A stretch of 64,000 nt of DNA from a virus. A model generated the notes under the pieces. The model was given only the letters and a program-made list of their open reading frames with translations, ran no database searches and had not been told where the DNA came from. The stretch spans positions 7,650-71,649 of the IMG/VR virus record IMGVR_UViG_3300044527_000814. The stretch is one strand, 5' to 3'. Position numbers and translations under genes: made by a program. Shown in pieces: positions 36,246-45,794 of the stretch (position 1 is its first letter; every line of letters begins with the position of its first letter).

Positions 36246-37610
36246 ATGTACCGATACTACCTCGTCGAAAACAGCCCACGCGCCAGGATCGAGAAAGTCG
36301 AGAATCAGCTTCCTCGGGTCAAGTGGGATACTGCCTGGGTCGTGGCGGACCTCGTCGGAGGCGACAAGGCAGCGATCAAAGACGCGTGGTCGCGGGAAGC
36401 TCTCGGCGAAGCGACGGGCCTGCAGCCGCGGGACTTTTTCCCCGACGACGACAAGGTCCACAAGAACGAGAAGCTAATTCGCTGGGTCGCCGAGAAAATC
36501 AGCCCGGCAGCGTACGAGTTCCAAGAGGGTCGCAAGACGGGTAGGCAGCTTAGCGAATTTTACAACAGCCTCCAAACGGCGCTCCCGCAGATCGCGTACT
36601 GGGCCGAGAAGACGAAGCCAGACCTGTTTCGAATGTCTGCGTCGCAGGCCATCTCCCTCGCCAGCGACATGGTGGAAGACGACTTCCCTGTTCCGCAGGG
36701 CGAGGTCATCTACCGGTTTCCCGACGGCTGGACGGTGCAAGAGCTGAAAACGCCCGAGCAGGTCTACGCCGAGGGCGAGGTCATGCAGCACTGCATGCGG
36801 GAGTCGGCGCACGGGCTGGATTTTTGCGAACGAATTGACCTCGGAGCAATTCGCCTCTTTAGCCTGCGCAACCCGCAAGGTCGTCCTGGCGTGTCGATGG
36901 AGTACGATACCAACGAGAACGCGTTCATTCAGATTTTTGCCAAGCAAAACGTGTCTCTGGGATCGTCACTACAGCAACTCCGAGATGAGGAGGTTGAGGA
37001 CGAAGACGGTACGCGACGCAAGCGCTACAAAGACCCTGAGGGGCTGTGGCGGGGAATTCAAAAATACAAGCCGTACATTCGGCAGTTCATCATCGACATG
37101 TTCGATGCTGACGCGAGTGGATTAGTGATGGCAGACGTACCTCTGCCAGCTGGGATCACGAGCGTGAGCGGCCACCTAGCCCTCACACGCTATAACCATC
37201 CGCTGCCCGCGGGGGTCACCAGCACGGATGGCGACCTCATTCTCACCCGATACAAGTACCCGCTGCCTGCGGGGCTCACGAGCGTGGGCAGCAACCTCTC
37301 CCTCAACGAATACAACCACACTTTGCCTCCAGGGCTCGCGAGCGTGGGGCGCGGACTTTCGCTCGGAGGCTACAACCACCCGCTACCAGCTGGTTTGAAG
37401 AACGTTGGGGGCAACCTCAACCTTGGAGATTACAAGCACCCGCTGCCTCCCGTTCTACGCGTAGGAGGCAAAATTATTGGCGCCAAGAACTACCCCTACA
37501 AAATCTCCCGCCGCCGCCCCGCGCTGAAGCCCAACCGTCGCCGCACATCGCGCCCCAGCAAGTCGCGCCGCAAGACGTCACGCAGCAAGCGCAAGACCAG
37601 CAGGAGCTAA
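36246..37610 (+). CDS. PcfJ-like domain + 22-aa LRR-like repeats + TSR tail (copy 1)
   Basis: EGEVMQHC...LFSLRN...IQIF (PcfJ-like); YNHPLPAGLxSVGG repeats. Confidence 0.8.
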   Translation: MYRYYLVENSPRARIEKVENQLPRVKWDTAWVVADLVGGDKAAIKDAWSREALGEATGLQPRDFFPDDDKVHKNEKLIRWVAEKISPAAYEFQEGRKTGRQLSEFYNSLQTALPQIAYWAEKTKPDLFRMSASQAISLASDMVEDDFPVPQGEVIYRFPDGWTVQELKTPEQVYAEGEVMQHCMRESAHGLDFCERIDLGAIRLFSLRNPQGRPGVSMEYDTNENAFIQIFAKQNVSLGSSLQQLRDEEVEDEDGTRRKRYKDPEGLWRGIQKYKPYIRQFIIDMFDADASGLVMADVPLPAGITSVSGHLALTRYNHPLPAGVTSTDGDLILTRYKYPLPAGLTSVGSNLSLNEYNHTLPPGLASVGRGLSLGGYNHPLPAGLKNVGGNLNLGDYKHPLPPVLRVGGKIIGAKNYPYKISRRRPALKPNRRRTSRPSKSRRKTSRSKRKTSRS

Positions 37611-37612
37611 GC

Positions 37613-39106
37613 ATGTACCGCTACTACCTCGTCGAAAACAGCCCGCGCGACAGGATCAAGAAAGTCGAGGAGCAGCTTCCCGCAGTCAAGTGGGCGACTG
37701 CCTGGGTCGTGGCGGACACCGTCGGCGGCGACAGGGCGGCGATCTTCGACGCGTGGATGCGCGAGGCGCGTGGTAAAGAGACGGGCCTGCACCCGCGGGA
37801 CTTCTTCCCCGACGACGACAAGGTCCACAAGAACGAGAAGCTAATTCGCTGGGTCGCCGAGAAGATCAGCCCGGAAGCGTACGAGGTCAGCGAGCGTCGC
37901 AAGACGTTTGAGCAGTTCCTCGGGTCTTGCGCGAAACTCGAAGGGGCGCTCCCGCAGATCGCGTACTGGGTCGAAAAGACGAAGCCAAACCTGTTCCAGC
38001 TGTCTGCGCTGCAAGCGATCGGACTCGCCAGCGAGATGGAGGTGGAAGACGACTTCCCTGTCCCGCAGGGCGAGGTCATCTACCGGTTCCCTGACGGCTG
38101 GACGGTGCAAGAGCTGAAAACGCCCGAGCAGGTCTACGCCGAGGGCGAGGTCATGCAGCACTGCATGCGGGAGTCGGCGGACGGACCCCGGTTTTGCAAA
38201 CAAATCAGCCGAGGAGATACCCGTCTCTTTAGCCTGCGGAACCCGCAGGGGCGCCCCGGCGTGTCAATACAGTACGACACCGAGAAAAAGCGCTTTGTTC
38301 AGATATTTGCCAAGCAGAACGTGTCTCTGGGATCGTCCCTACAGCAACTTCGCCACGAGGAGCGCGAGGACGAGGACGGCACGCGCCGCAAGCGGCACAA
38401 AGACCCTGAAGGGCTGTGGAGAGGGATTCAAAAATACAAGCCGTACATTCGACGATTCATCATTGACAAGTTCGATGCTGACGCGAGCGGATTAGTGATG
38501 GCAGACGCGCCTCTGCCTGATGGGCTCAAGAGCGTAAAGGGCTCCCTCTACCTCCGCGATTACAACCACCCGCTGCCTGCTGGCCTCAAGAGCGTAAATG
38601 GCGCCCTCTACCTCCTCGACTACAACCACCCGTTGCCTGCTGGGCTCAAGAGCGTGGGCGGCTACCTCTTGCTCGGCGGCTACAGCCACCCGCTGCCCGC
38701 TGGGCTCACAAGCGTGGGTAGTGACATCTCTCTCACCAACTACGACCACCCGCTGCCCGCTGGGCTCACAAGCGTGGGGGGCAGCCTCTGGCTCGGCGGC
38801 TACAACCACCCGTTGCCCGATGGGCTCAAGATCGTGGCGGGCAACCTCAGCCTCGACGACTACCACTACCCGCTGCCCGCTGGGCTCACAAGCGTGGGGG
38901 GCAGCCTCTGGCTCGGCGGCCGCCTGTACAACCACCCGTTGCCTGCTGGGCTACGCGTGAAAGGCGCAGTCGTTGGTGCCGAACGCTACCCCTACGAGAT
39001 CCCCGGCCGCCGCCCCGCGCTGAAGCCCAACCGTCGCCGCACATCGCGCCCCAGCAAGTCGCGCCGCAAGACGTCACGCAGCAAGCGCAAGACCAGCCGG
39101 TCCTAA
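37613..39106 (+). CDS. PcfJ-like domain + 22-aa LRR-like repeats + TSR tail (copy 2)
   Basis: Tandem paralog of 36246 with more repeat units and an identical C-terminal tail. Confidence 0.8.
   Translation: MYRYYLVENSPRDRIKKVEEQLPAVKWATAWVVADTVGGDRAAIFDAWMREARGKETGLHPRDFFPDDDKVHKNEKLIRWVAEKISPEAYEVSERRKTFEQFLGSCAKLEGALPQIAYWVEKTKPNLFQLSALQAIGLASEMEVEDDFPVPQGEVIYRFPDGWTVQELKTPEQVYAEGEVMQHCMRESADGPRFCKQISRGDTRLFSLRNPQGRPGVSIQYDTEKKRFVQIFAKQNVSLGSSLQQLRHEEREDEDGTRRKRHKDPEGLWRGIQKYKPYIRRFIIDKFDADASGLVMADAPLPDGLKSVKGSLYLRDYNHPLPAGLKSVNGALYLLDYNHPLPAGLKSVGGYLLLGGYSHPLPAGLTSVGSDISLTNYDHPLPAGLTSVGGSLWLGGYNHPLPDGLKIVAGNLSLDDYHYPLPAGLTSVGGSLWLGGRLYNHPLPAGLRVKGAVVGAERYPYEIPGRRPALKPNRRRTSRPSKSRRKTSRSKRKTSRS
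38510..38950 (+). repeat. 66-nt coding repeat array (about 7 units)
   Basis: tacaaccacccgYtgccYgctgggctca...agcgtgg repeated, with variable middle codons. Confidence 0.85.
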
Positions 39107-39834
39107 CCGGCCCGCCGCCTCTTCATCCAGAAGTAACCAGCGGCCGTCACCACGCCAAAGGCCGCGACAGCGGGAAGCCAGGTCGGCGAGGACCGTGCGG
39201 CTTCTCGAAAGCCGCGCGCCGCAGACCGAGCGACTTCCTCAACTTCTTCCATCGCTCGCTCCCAGTCGATTGGCATACCCTGCCAACCTTCTCGATCAAA
39301 GAGCGCCTTCACCTTAGCGAACGGGTTCACCTTTGCGCCGTTTGGCAAACTCGCAGCGTAGTGAAGGTGAGGGCAACTTCCGCGCGCGCTCCCCGTGTCA
39401 GAGCAGAGGCCGATCACTTGGCCTGCGCGCACTTGCTGCCCCGGACGAACACGCACATCCCGCATGTGCGCGAAATAATGCGCGTGGCCATCCTCACCAT
39501 CGATCCACACGTAGTTGCCGCCGCGGTCGCTAGTCCCTGCGCCGGGCAGCTCCCTGCCTTGATAGCGCCAAGACATCTTGACGACGCCATCGACTGGGCT
39601 GACCACTGGGGTTCCGTCGGCGCACGTGATGTCCAGGGCCCGATGCGGCTGACCACCCCGGTCCTCGTTGAAGGCGTCGTAAAGGATCGGCCGCTCTGAC
39701 GGCCACTGCCTGCCTGCGGCCCTGTATCCGCCAGGGTTGGTTGGGCAAGGCGTACCCGACGATCGCATTACGCGCCGTGTCGCTTGGAACCCGGGCGGAA
39801 CCATGAGCGGGAAAACCTTCGGCGCGTAGCTCAT
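39103..39834 (-). CDS. M23 peptidase with C-terminal TM
   Basis: HRALD, YFAHM, HLH; MSY start. Confidence 0.9.
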   Translation of the reverse strand: MSYAPKVFPLMVPPGFQATRRVMRSSGTPCPTNPGGYRAAGRQWPSERPILYDAFNEDRGGQPHRALDITCADGTPVVSPVDGVVKMSWRYQGRELPGAGTSDRGGNYVWIDGEDGHAHYFAHMRDVRVRPGQQVRAGQVIGLCSDTGSARGSCPHLHYAASLPNGAKVNPFAKVKALFDREGWQGMPIDWERAMEEVEEVARSAARGFREAARSSPTWLPAVAAFGVVTAAGYFWMKRRRAG

Positions 39835-39872
39835 GGAGCGATACTAGCCGAAGGGCATCCCCAAACAAGCGG

Positions 39873-40193
39873 CTACCGGCGACGAAGCACCTCGACCTGC
39901 GTCGTCAGTCGGTCGCTGATCTGACTCGCCGTCTCCGCCTTCGCGCTCTCGCGAACGCGCTCGAACTCGTCGCCGATCTCCCTGAGAAGCTCAGACGCGT
40001 CCTTGTAGCTGAACGCGTTGACGTAGGGGATGGTGTCGATCTGACGCTCCCCAGTCTCAGAGTACGTGATGCGCGCGGATCCGACCTTGTAGCTGTAGCG
40101 TGGTACGGGCAGGGGCAGTACGTGTATGTCCACATACGCTTGGCCTCGAACTCGACGCTCCATGAACTGATACTTTAGGTTTTTGTCCGTCAT
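39873..40193 (-). CDS. hypothetical protein
   Basis: AAGGAAG RBS upstream. Confidence 0.65.
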   Translation of the reverse strand: MTDKNLKYQFMERRVRGQAYVDIHVLPLPVPRYSYKVGSARITYSETGERQIDTIPYVNAFSYKDASELLREIGDEFERVRESAKAETASQISDRLTTQVEVLRRR

Positions 40194-40296
40194 GATTCTT
40201 CCTTTGCATGGTTCTGCCTGTGTTCACGGGAGAGACCGCGTCACGGCACGCAACTCTGCCATGGCTACGCAGCTCACGCGAGCAAGCAAAGGCAGG

Positions 40297-40911
40297 CTAC
40301 GTCTTCTGCGCAACAGGGAGCTGGTTGCCCCAACTGACCCAGCCAGGTCGCTCGGATCGAGCGAAAAGCTCCAGGTATGGGCCTTTCGACCGGGACTCGA
40401 TCACCGAATACGCAGCGTCAGGCTTGCGGCTGTGAACCCGCCTACCATTCTGCCTCTCGACTGGAGAGAAGAAGACCGAGGGGATGTCTCTTCGGTCCGT
40501 GTAGACATCCGGGTGCTGCCCTCGACCACGGACGCCGAACAGCATCATCTCATGCGCGCCGCGCGCGTACTGCCCGATCCCGTAGTGGAGGTCACGCGAC
40601 GCGGCTTCCTTGACCTTGACCCACTGGAAGGTGCGCTTGTAGGCGAACCCCAGCTCGCCCATAAGCCATAGGCCGTCAGGCAGGAAGTTGTCTGTCACCC
40701 ACAGGTACAAGTGGGCGTTCTCGTGAGGATTGAAAGGCGAGGAAAGCACCACGTCGAGAATCTTCGGCGTGGGCAGGAGAGGGTAGTGACGCTGCGCGCC
40801 ACGAACGCTCTTGCCGCCTCCGCGCTCCATCCATGGCGGATCTATAAGGGTGGTCCTGAAGAGTGGGGCAGAGTTCATTGACTCGACCACCGGGCCGAAC
40901 CCGGCAGGCAC
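40297..40911 (-). CDS. MT-A70 family adenine methyltransferase
   Basis: IDPPW, LYLWVT, HSRKP, YLELFAR...GW..WGNQ. Start may be 40878. Confidence 0.92.
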   Translation of the reverse strand: MPAGFGPVVESMNSAPLFRTTLIDPPWMERGGGKSVRGAQRHYPLLPTPKILDVVLSSPFNPHENAHLYLWVTDNFLPDGLWLMGELGFAYKRTFQWVKVKEAASRDLHYGIGQYARGAHEMMLFGVRGRGQHPDVYTDRRDIPSVFFSPVERQNGRRVHSRKPDAAYSVIESRSKGPYLELFARSERPGWVSWGNQLPVAQKT

Positions 40912-40935
40912 CTCTCGATGCCCGCCGGGTTCGAC

Positions 40936-41412
40936 TCAGATCACCACGCTGTCTCCGTCAGGGAGCATGCCCTCGGAGATGCCGTTGACATCGCCATGGT
41001 CAGGCTTCTTCTGAGCGCGACGACCAGCGGGACGCCCCCTCTTGACGGCTTTCTTTTCAGGTCCGCGCGTGACGATCTTCAGCACGCCCAGAACGATCGC
41101 ATACTCGATGCGCTGATCCGGCGACGTGTTGCTCCAATCGACGAGCGCGCAGCTTTTCTTGGTGGATGGGTCTGTCGTGTCGCCATGAGAGAAGCCCTTG
41201 TTTTGCAGGAAGCCCGTGTACCGCTCGTGAAGCCACGCGGGCATCACGTCCGGGTTACGGGTTGCAAACGAGACGAGGTCTTCCACGGCATCGAAGATGA
41301 CGCCTTCTGCCGGGCCATAGATCAGGAGCGGTTGCCGGTTGGCCACGGTCGCCAAGGTAGAGATCATCTGCCAGACCGACTCCGCAAGCGATGCGCTATT
41401 CCATTCGTTCAT
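40936..41412 (-). CDS. RyR-domain-like protein
   Basis: HERY...KGFSHG...KKSCALVDWSN...DQR resembles the phage RyR motif. Confidence 0.55.
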   Translation of the reverse strand: MNEWNSASLAESVWQMISTLATVANRQPLLIYGPAEGVIFDAVEDLVSFATRNPDVMPAWLHERYTGFLQNKGFSHGDTTDPSTKKSCALVDWSNTSPDQRIEYAIVLGVLKIVTRGPEKKAVKRGRPAGRRAQKKPDHGDVNGISEGMLPDGDSVVI

Positions 41413-41439
41413 GTTGATGGTTCTTTCTTTGAGTGGAGA

Positions 41440-41946
41440 TCAGTCGTTGGTCGCGAGCGAGTACTTCGTGCCCCGGGTCTTGCCGCGACGAATGAGCTTG
41501 TTCTGCTGGTAGAGGCGCGTCACAACGCGGCGAATCGCATCAGGTCGGGCCTTGACGCCGCTGGTGATGGCTTCGACGCGCGACTCCGGCGACGACTGGA
41601 GGAACGCGATCACCTTCGCCTCCAGCTCCGAGTCATCGAAGCTGCTGACGGTCACCTTGTGAGCCTTGCGCGACGAGCCTTTCTTGCCCGCCTTGGCCTT
41701 CTTGCCCGATGCGGCGCTCGCACCAGCGAGAGGGCCGCCTCCTGTGGGCAGGCGACCGGCCGGGGCGCTTGCCGCCAGGTCTGCCGTCGTAGCACGCAGG
41801 TGCTCTTGCAAAGCCTGCCGCACCAGCGCCTCGATCGACGCAACAAAGCTACCCGACGTCTCGTTCAGCTTCTTGGCGAGATCAAACGACGGCTTCTTCG
41901 CGGGCTTTGCAGTTGCGCTCCGCCCCTTAGAGTTCTTCTTGTTCAT
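41440..41946 (-). CDS. winged-helix DNA-binding protein
   Basis: C-terminal HTH with RRGKTRGTKY wing; AGGAG RBS. Confidence 0.7.
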   Translation of the reverse strand: MNKKNSKGRSATAKPAKKPSFDLAKKLNETSGSFVASIEALVRQALQEHLRATTADLAASAPAGRLPTGGGPLAGASAASGKKAKAGKKGSSRKAHKVTVSSFDDSELEAKVIAFLQSSPESRVEAITSGVKARPDAIRRVVTRLYQQNKLIRRGKTRGTKYSLATND

Positions 41947-42069
41947 GTACGTCTCCTACAGTACGCGCCGCTACGCAGCGCGCCTTCGAGTGGTTGTTGA
42001 GATTGCCGAAACTGCTGGTGGCAACGGAGATTGCCAGCCAATTTTCTATAACACCGAATGCTCTTGCGT

Positions 42070-42261
42070 CTAGTGCCTGCCGAGCAAAAGCGATGTCCTG
42101 CATTGAGATAGTTCCGTCAGCGCGTCCAAAAGCTCACTGCTCATAAAAACGGCAAGCCCGGTCATAAACAGCGTCATCACGAGCATGCCGATCATCGCGA
42201 CCATCACAAAGATGGCCGTGCCCGATGGCTGAGCTGCGGTTTGCTGACTTGTTTCATTCAT
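42070..42261 (-). CDS. small membrane protein
   Basis: GAGGA RBS; one TM. Confidence 0.55.
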   Translation of the reverse strand: MNETSQQTAAQPSGTAIFVMVAMIGMLVMTLFMTGLAVFMSSELLDALTELSQCRTSLLLGRH

Positions 42262-42297
42262 GGTGTCCTCTTTGATGAAGCTCTGGGTTCTCGCAGA

Positions 42298-42573
42298 TCA
42301 CTCTGGATCGAGCGAATCCATGAGAAAAATCGGCGTGTGAGGGCCGACCCACGCGCCTGTGACGTTGAAGTCGAGGTACTCGTACGCCTCTTCCAAGCTC
42401 ATGCCGTCCCGGTTCATGAGCACATCGGCCGCCTTCGTGTAGGAGTAACAGGCAAGGGTCGGCTGGCCGCAGCGGACCGCAGGGCCGATGAAAGCCTCCT
42501 CAAAGCCGTCCGCGAGCAGTGCATCTTCGTTGTGGTCGGCCATGATGGCCGCAATTTCGTCGCGCGTCGGCAT
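42298..42573 (-). CDS. phage hypothetical protein
   Basis: ADGFEEAFIG...EEAYEYLDFNVTGAWVG..TP is a pattern I recall from many phages. Confidence 0.75.
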   Translation of the reverse strand: MPTRDEIAAIMADHNEDALLADGFEEAFIGPAVRCGQPTLACYSYTKAADVLMNRDGMSLEEAYEYLDFNVTGAWVGPHTPIFLMDSLDPE

Positions 42574-43439
42574 CAGTAAGGCCCCACTCCACCGTCAGGC
42601 TGCCATTCGACCGGGATCGTCCTGCCGTCACCCCATGTACGCGCGGGCTGGGTCTTCAGCCCGAGCACCGGGACGGCGTAGGCGAGCACGACTTCCTGCC
42701 AAAGCGCTTGCCCAGGGTCGCTTCGGCGCGTGGCCGAGGACTGACGGTGCGCCCAGATGAACTCGATGGGCATCCCTTCGGTGCGCCCCTTTTCAACTGC
42801 GTATCGAACCGCGTCGCGTGCCGCATTGATGAGCCGCGAAGACGGCATCACACAGCCGGGAGAGACAAGCCCTGGGTAGACGCCTTCGCACTCGATGCCG
42901 AGCGACTCCTCGTTCGCCGAGTTCGCTTGGTACACGTACCACTTGAGCGGGTTGGGTTGCACCGCGTGACCGCACTGGATGTCGGCGCCCTTGCCGTCGA
43001 AGGCAATGAGGTGGCAAGCGACGTTCAGGCTGCGATTGTGAAGGGCAGCGTGCCGATCTCCAAGCGCCGCGGTCACTTGCTGGCTCGAAACGCCGTACCA
43101 GACGCCTGTTTGGTGCATCATGATGCCGCGCACGACCGAAGGATCGCGCACGACGACCTTGCCGCCCGACATCTTGAACTTGCTGGTGTCGGCAGGCGGG
43201 TTCGTCTGCTTCGACGTGAGGTCTACAATCTTCGTCGGGTCTTGCATAAGTGCCTCCACCACGGCAGGGGGCACTTCCGGTGCCCACGGTAGCTGCGAGT
43301 CCTTCGCATAGGCTTGCAGGCCGGTCCACGTCTCGTCGCCGAGCACGCCATCCGCGCCGTAGCGCGGCAAGGGATACCCCGCGGCCATGAGCCGCTGCTG
43401 AAGGTCTTTGACTTGAGATCCTCGGTCTCCGTATCTCAT
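42573..43439 (-). CDS. endolysin: PG-binding domain + N-acetylmuramoyl-L-alanine amidase
   Basis: GSQVKDLQQRL...ADGVLGDET; MMHQT, SLGIE, AHRQS...DPG. Confidence 0.88.
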   Translation of the reverse strand: MRYGDRGSQVKDLQQRLMAAGYPLPRYGADGVLGDETWTGLQAYAKDSQLPWAPEVPPAVVEALMQDPTKIVDLTSKQTNPPADTSKFKMSGGKVVVRDPSVVRGIMMHQTGVWYGVSSQQVTAALGDRHAALHNRSLNVACHLIAFDGKGADIQCGHAVQPNPLKWYVYQANSANEESLGIECEGVYPGLVSPGCVMPSSRLINAARDAVRYAVEKGRTEGMPIEFIWAHRQSSATRRSDPGQALWQEVVLAYAVPVLGLKTQPARTWGDGRTIPVEWQPDGGVGPY

Positions 43440-43684
43440 ACGCCCTCGTCGCTCCTGCTTCCGGGCAGGTAGTCCTGGAGCACTTCCTTTGCGTCGTCGC
43501 GTGCTTCGAGCATGGCGCGCATGTCGTGCCCGTTGTTAGGTTGAATGCCTACCCAGCGGAGCACCCCAAAGAGCGCCCGCCGTGCATCTGCCCGTTGATT
43601 TCGCAGCTGATCGATTTGATCGCGCAGCCGTTCTTCAACGCCCTTCCCCTTGCTCTCTCGCGACTCCGTTTTCACCGCGCGCAT
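43436..43684 (-). CDS. hypothetical protein
   Basis: Coupled to both neighbours. Confidence 0.6.
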   Translation of the reverse strand: MRAVKTESRESKGKGVEERLRDQIDQLRNQRADARRALFGVLRWVGIQPNNGHDMRAMLEARDDAKEVLQDYLPGSRSDEGV

Positions 43685-43845
43685 CAGTCCTTCCCGCCTT
43701 CCTTGTCTTTCGGCCCAAACACGAGGTTCAGCACGAAATCCAGTATCGACCCCACGACCGACCAGAAGAGGAACACTGGAAACAGCAGCACATCCGGCGC
43801 GAAGATGGCCATGATCAAGATGACCAGTCCTACCGCGTCGATCAT
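43684..43845 (-). CDS. small membrane protein (paralog of 44683..44829)
   Basis: GLVIL...APDVLLFP. Confidence 0.6.
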   Translation of the reverse strand: MIDAVGLVILIMAIFAPDVLLFPVFLFWSVVGSILDFVLNLVFGPKDKEGGKD

Positions 43846-44267
43846 CGTGAAGCTGCCTGCCCGATAGCTTCGGCAGCCTGGTCTACGGCCACCTGCCAGT
43901 CGTGCCCGCCGGTCCACGACGCGTCGCGCGACAAGAGGAGAGCCCGGATCGCCGTCCGCAGCGAACCGATCTCTTTCCGCAGTCGCGTAACCTCAAGCTC
44001 GTGGTCGTCTTTCTCGGCCGTAAGCTCAAAGACCTCGCGCAGGAGCTGCCGGTTCTTCACGACGATCTCGCGGACGCACATGTACCGCGTGAGCAGGCCG
44101 ATGTACGAGCACGAGGTCTCCTTGCCGGTACTGCGGCATCGGTGCCGCGCCGCGTCCTCGCCGCGCGAGACGTAGACGACCTCGCCCACGTAGTCCGTGC
44201 CGTCAGACGGCACGATGATGTCCCCCACCTGGAAGTGGGCGACGTCCTCCATGATACCTACTTGCAT
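43842..44267 (-). CDS. hypothetical protein
   Basis: AAGGAGG RBS. Confidence 0.65.
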   Translation of the reverse strand: MQVGIMEDVAHFQVGDIIVPSDGTDYVGEVVYVSRGEDAARHRCRSTGKETSCSYIGLLTRYMCVREIVVKNRQLLREVFELTAEKDDHELEVTRLRKEIGSLRTAIRALLLSRDASWTGGHDWQVAVDQAAEAIGQAASR

Positions 44268-44494
44268 TGAGAGCCTCCTTTGCGTTCTTTTATGTCAGAG
44301 CAGAAGCGCAGCCTATAATACAGGCCGCCTTGCGTGTCTATATGTCAGCGCAGTAGCGCAGCGAATGGGCCCTCGCCTGATTTACCGTCGCCCCCAGGAC
44401 CCGAGCACGCGACCGACGACGGTCTCCGACACGGCGTTGGCTACGTGCTTCATCATCCTTCCCAGATCGACTCCCGATTTATGGCTCATCCTCC

Positions 44495-44686
44495 TCACAC
44501 GCAGGGCTCGGGCCAGACGACAATATCATAGGGGTACGGGCTCTCAGTGCCGTGAGTCTTGCGCTGCTCGACCCGCGCGGCCTCGGTGAGACGCATCGCG
44601 AGGTAGGCTTCCATCTGCGAGGTGTACGGTCCACGTCGCGCGATGCCGCCGCCGGAGGCGTACCAGTGAACGTCTGCGGGTCTCAT
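44495..44686 (-). CDS. small hypothetical protein
   Basis: ATGA coupling with 44683..44829. Confidence 0.5.
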   Translation of the reverse strand: MRPADVHWYASGGGIARRGPYTSQMEAYLAMRLTEAARVEQRKTHGTESPYPYDIVVWPEPCV

Positions 44687-44829
44687 TTCTGGTCGCCCCC
44701 TTTCCCGGTCAAAATATCCCAGATCGCTCCAAAAACTGCCGCCACGAGGATGAAGGGCAGCAGCAGCACCTCTGGCGCAGCGAGCGCGAGCGCGAGGATG
44801 ACGAGCCCAGCCGTGGAGACGGTGATCAC
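44683..44829 (-). CDS. 48-aa membrane protein (absent from ORF track)
   Basis: Hand translation MITVSTAGLVILALALAAPEVLLLPFILVAAVFGAIWDILTGKGGDQK; coupled at both ends. Confidence 0.6.
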   Translation of the reverse strand: MITVSTAGLVILALALAAPEVLLLPFILVAAVFGAIWDILTGKGGDQK

Positions 44830-45191
44830 TTCTCCCCTCCATCCACTGCCGAGGCTCGTTCAAGCCCGACCGCTGCCGTCAGCCGCTTGGGGAACTTTTC
44901 GGCCCCATGAAAAGCCTTGGACGCGCGCTCATACTCCTCGCGGAAAGCATCTACAGCTTTCGAGGCTTCGATGCCAACTTCCACGCAGATCATCGCTGCG
45001 CCATAGACGCACGCTCGCGCTGCGCGGGGGTTGTACTTGCCCAAAAGTCCCTGCTGCGCTGCGATGTAGACGCGGGACTTGATACGCTCGGCGTCCGTCT
45101 GCTCAAACTCCTGTCCGGGGTCGGACTTCGGCACCGTGACGCCGATCGGCTCCGCAACGAAGCCGACTTTATATTTTTTCCGTTTCGTCAT
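44826..45191 (-). CDS. hypothetical protein
   Basis: GGAGG RBS; MTKRKK start. Confidence 0.6.
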   Translation of the reverse strand: MTKRKKYKVGFVAEPIGVTVPKSDPGQEFEQTDAERIKSRVYIAAQQGLLGKYNPRAARACVYGAAMICVEVGIEASKAVDAFREEYERASKAFHGAEKFPKRLTAAVGLERASAVDGGEK

Positions 45192-45406
45192 TCGTCTTCC
45201 TCCGTGTCGCGCAACTCCGCGCGCCCGTCGTCCACGCACACCTCCAACGGAGCGCCGCACGCGCAGGTGCCCGTATCGCCCTCCTGCCACGTCGAGTAGC
45301 GGCCGGGATGCCGAGGAGGATAGGGCGGCATTTCCGCGCAGGGATCGCCGCACCTCGGGCAGTCGAGGAGATCGCTCTGGGCGTCATCAGTCTGCGGTGC
45401 CGTCAT
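45188..45406 (-). CDS. small Zn-ribbon protein
   Basis: CPRC...CAC. Confidence 0.55.
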   Translation of the reverse strand: MTAPQTDDAQSDLLDCPRCGDPCAEMPPYPPRHPGRYSTWQEGDTGTCACGAPLEVCVDDGRAELRDTEEDE

Positions 45407-45794
45407 CACGCCTTCTTCGGGGCGACCTCGAACACGTCGAAGTCGCGCCCGCCAAGGTTCCACTCGTCGATGACGCGCAGGATGCCACCGCTCTCTTCGA
45501 TCAACTCTCGCACCTGCTCTGCGTTCGGCTCCTTGGGCATGTCGCCATCAGGCCACAACGCGCTCGCGTTGAGAGCTACGTCGACCTTATAGACGATCTG
45601 AAAACGCTTCGCGCGCTCCCGCTCCTCTTGCGCGCGCCGCTTCATCGCAAGCAACTGCTCGACCTCGGCGCGTGCCTTGTCGCGTTGCTGCTCATAGTGC
45701 CGCACACCAGGACAATGTGGTGGTAGCACTTTCGGCATACCCAGTCGCTCTCCGCTTCGCATGCGTCGCACTTGACCTTCGCCGCCTCGCTCAT
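45406..45794 (-). pseudogene. frameshifted gene (Zn-finger N-terminus + coiled coil)
   Basis: Strong RBS and ATG at 45794 (MSEAAKVKCDAC...CRKC). The coding-like continuation VRHYEQQRD is in another frame from about 45710. Confidence 0.45.

Noticed and set aside
38510-38950. 66-nt periodic repeat with variable middles as CRISPR or a DGR target
   Set aside because: In-frame protein repeat; no cas or reverse transcriptase gene, and variation is not adenine-specific.
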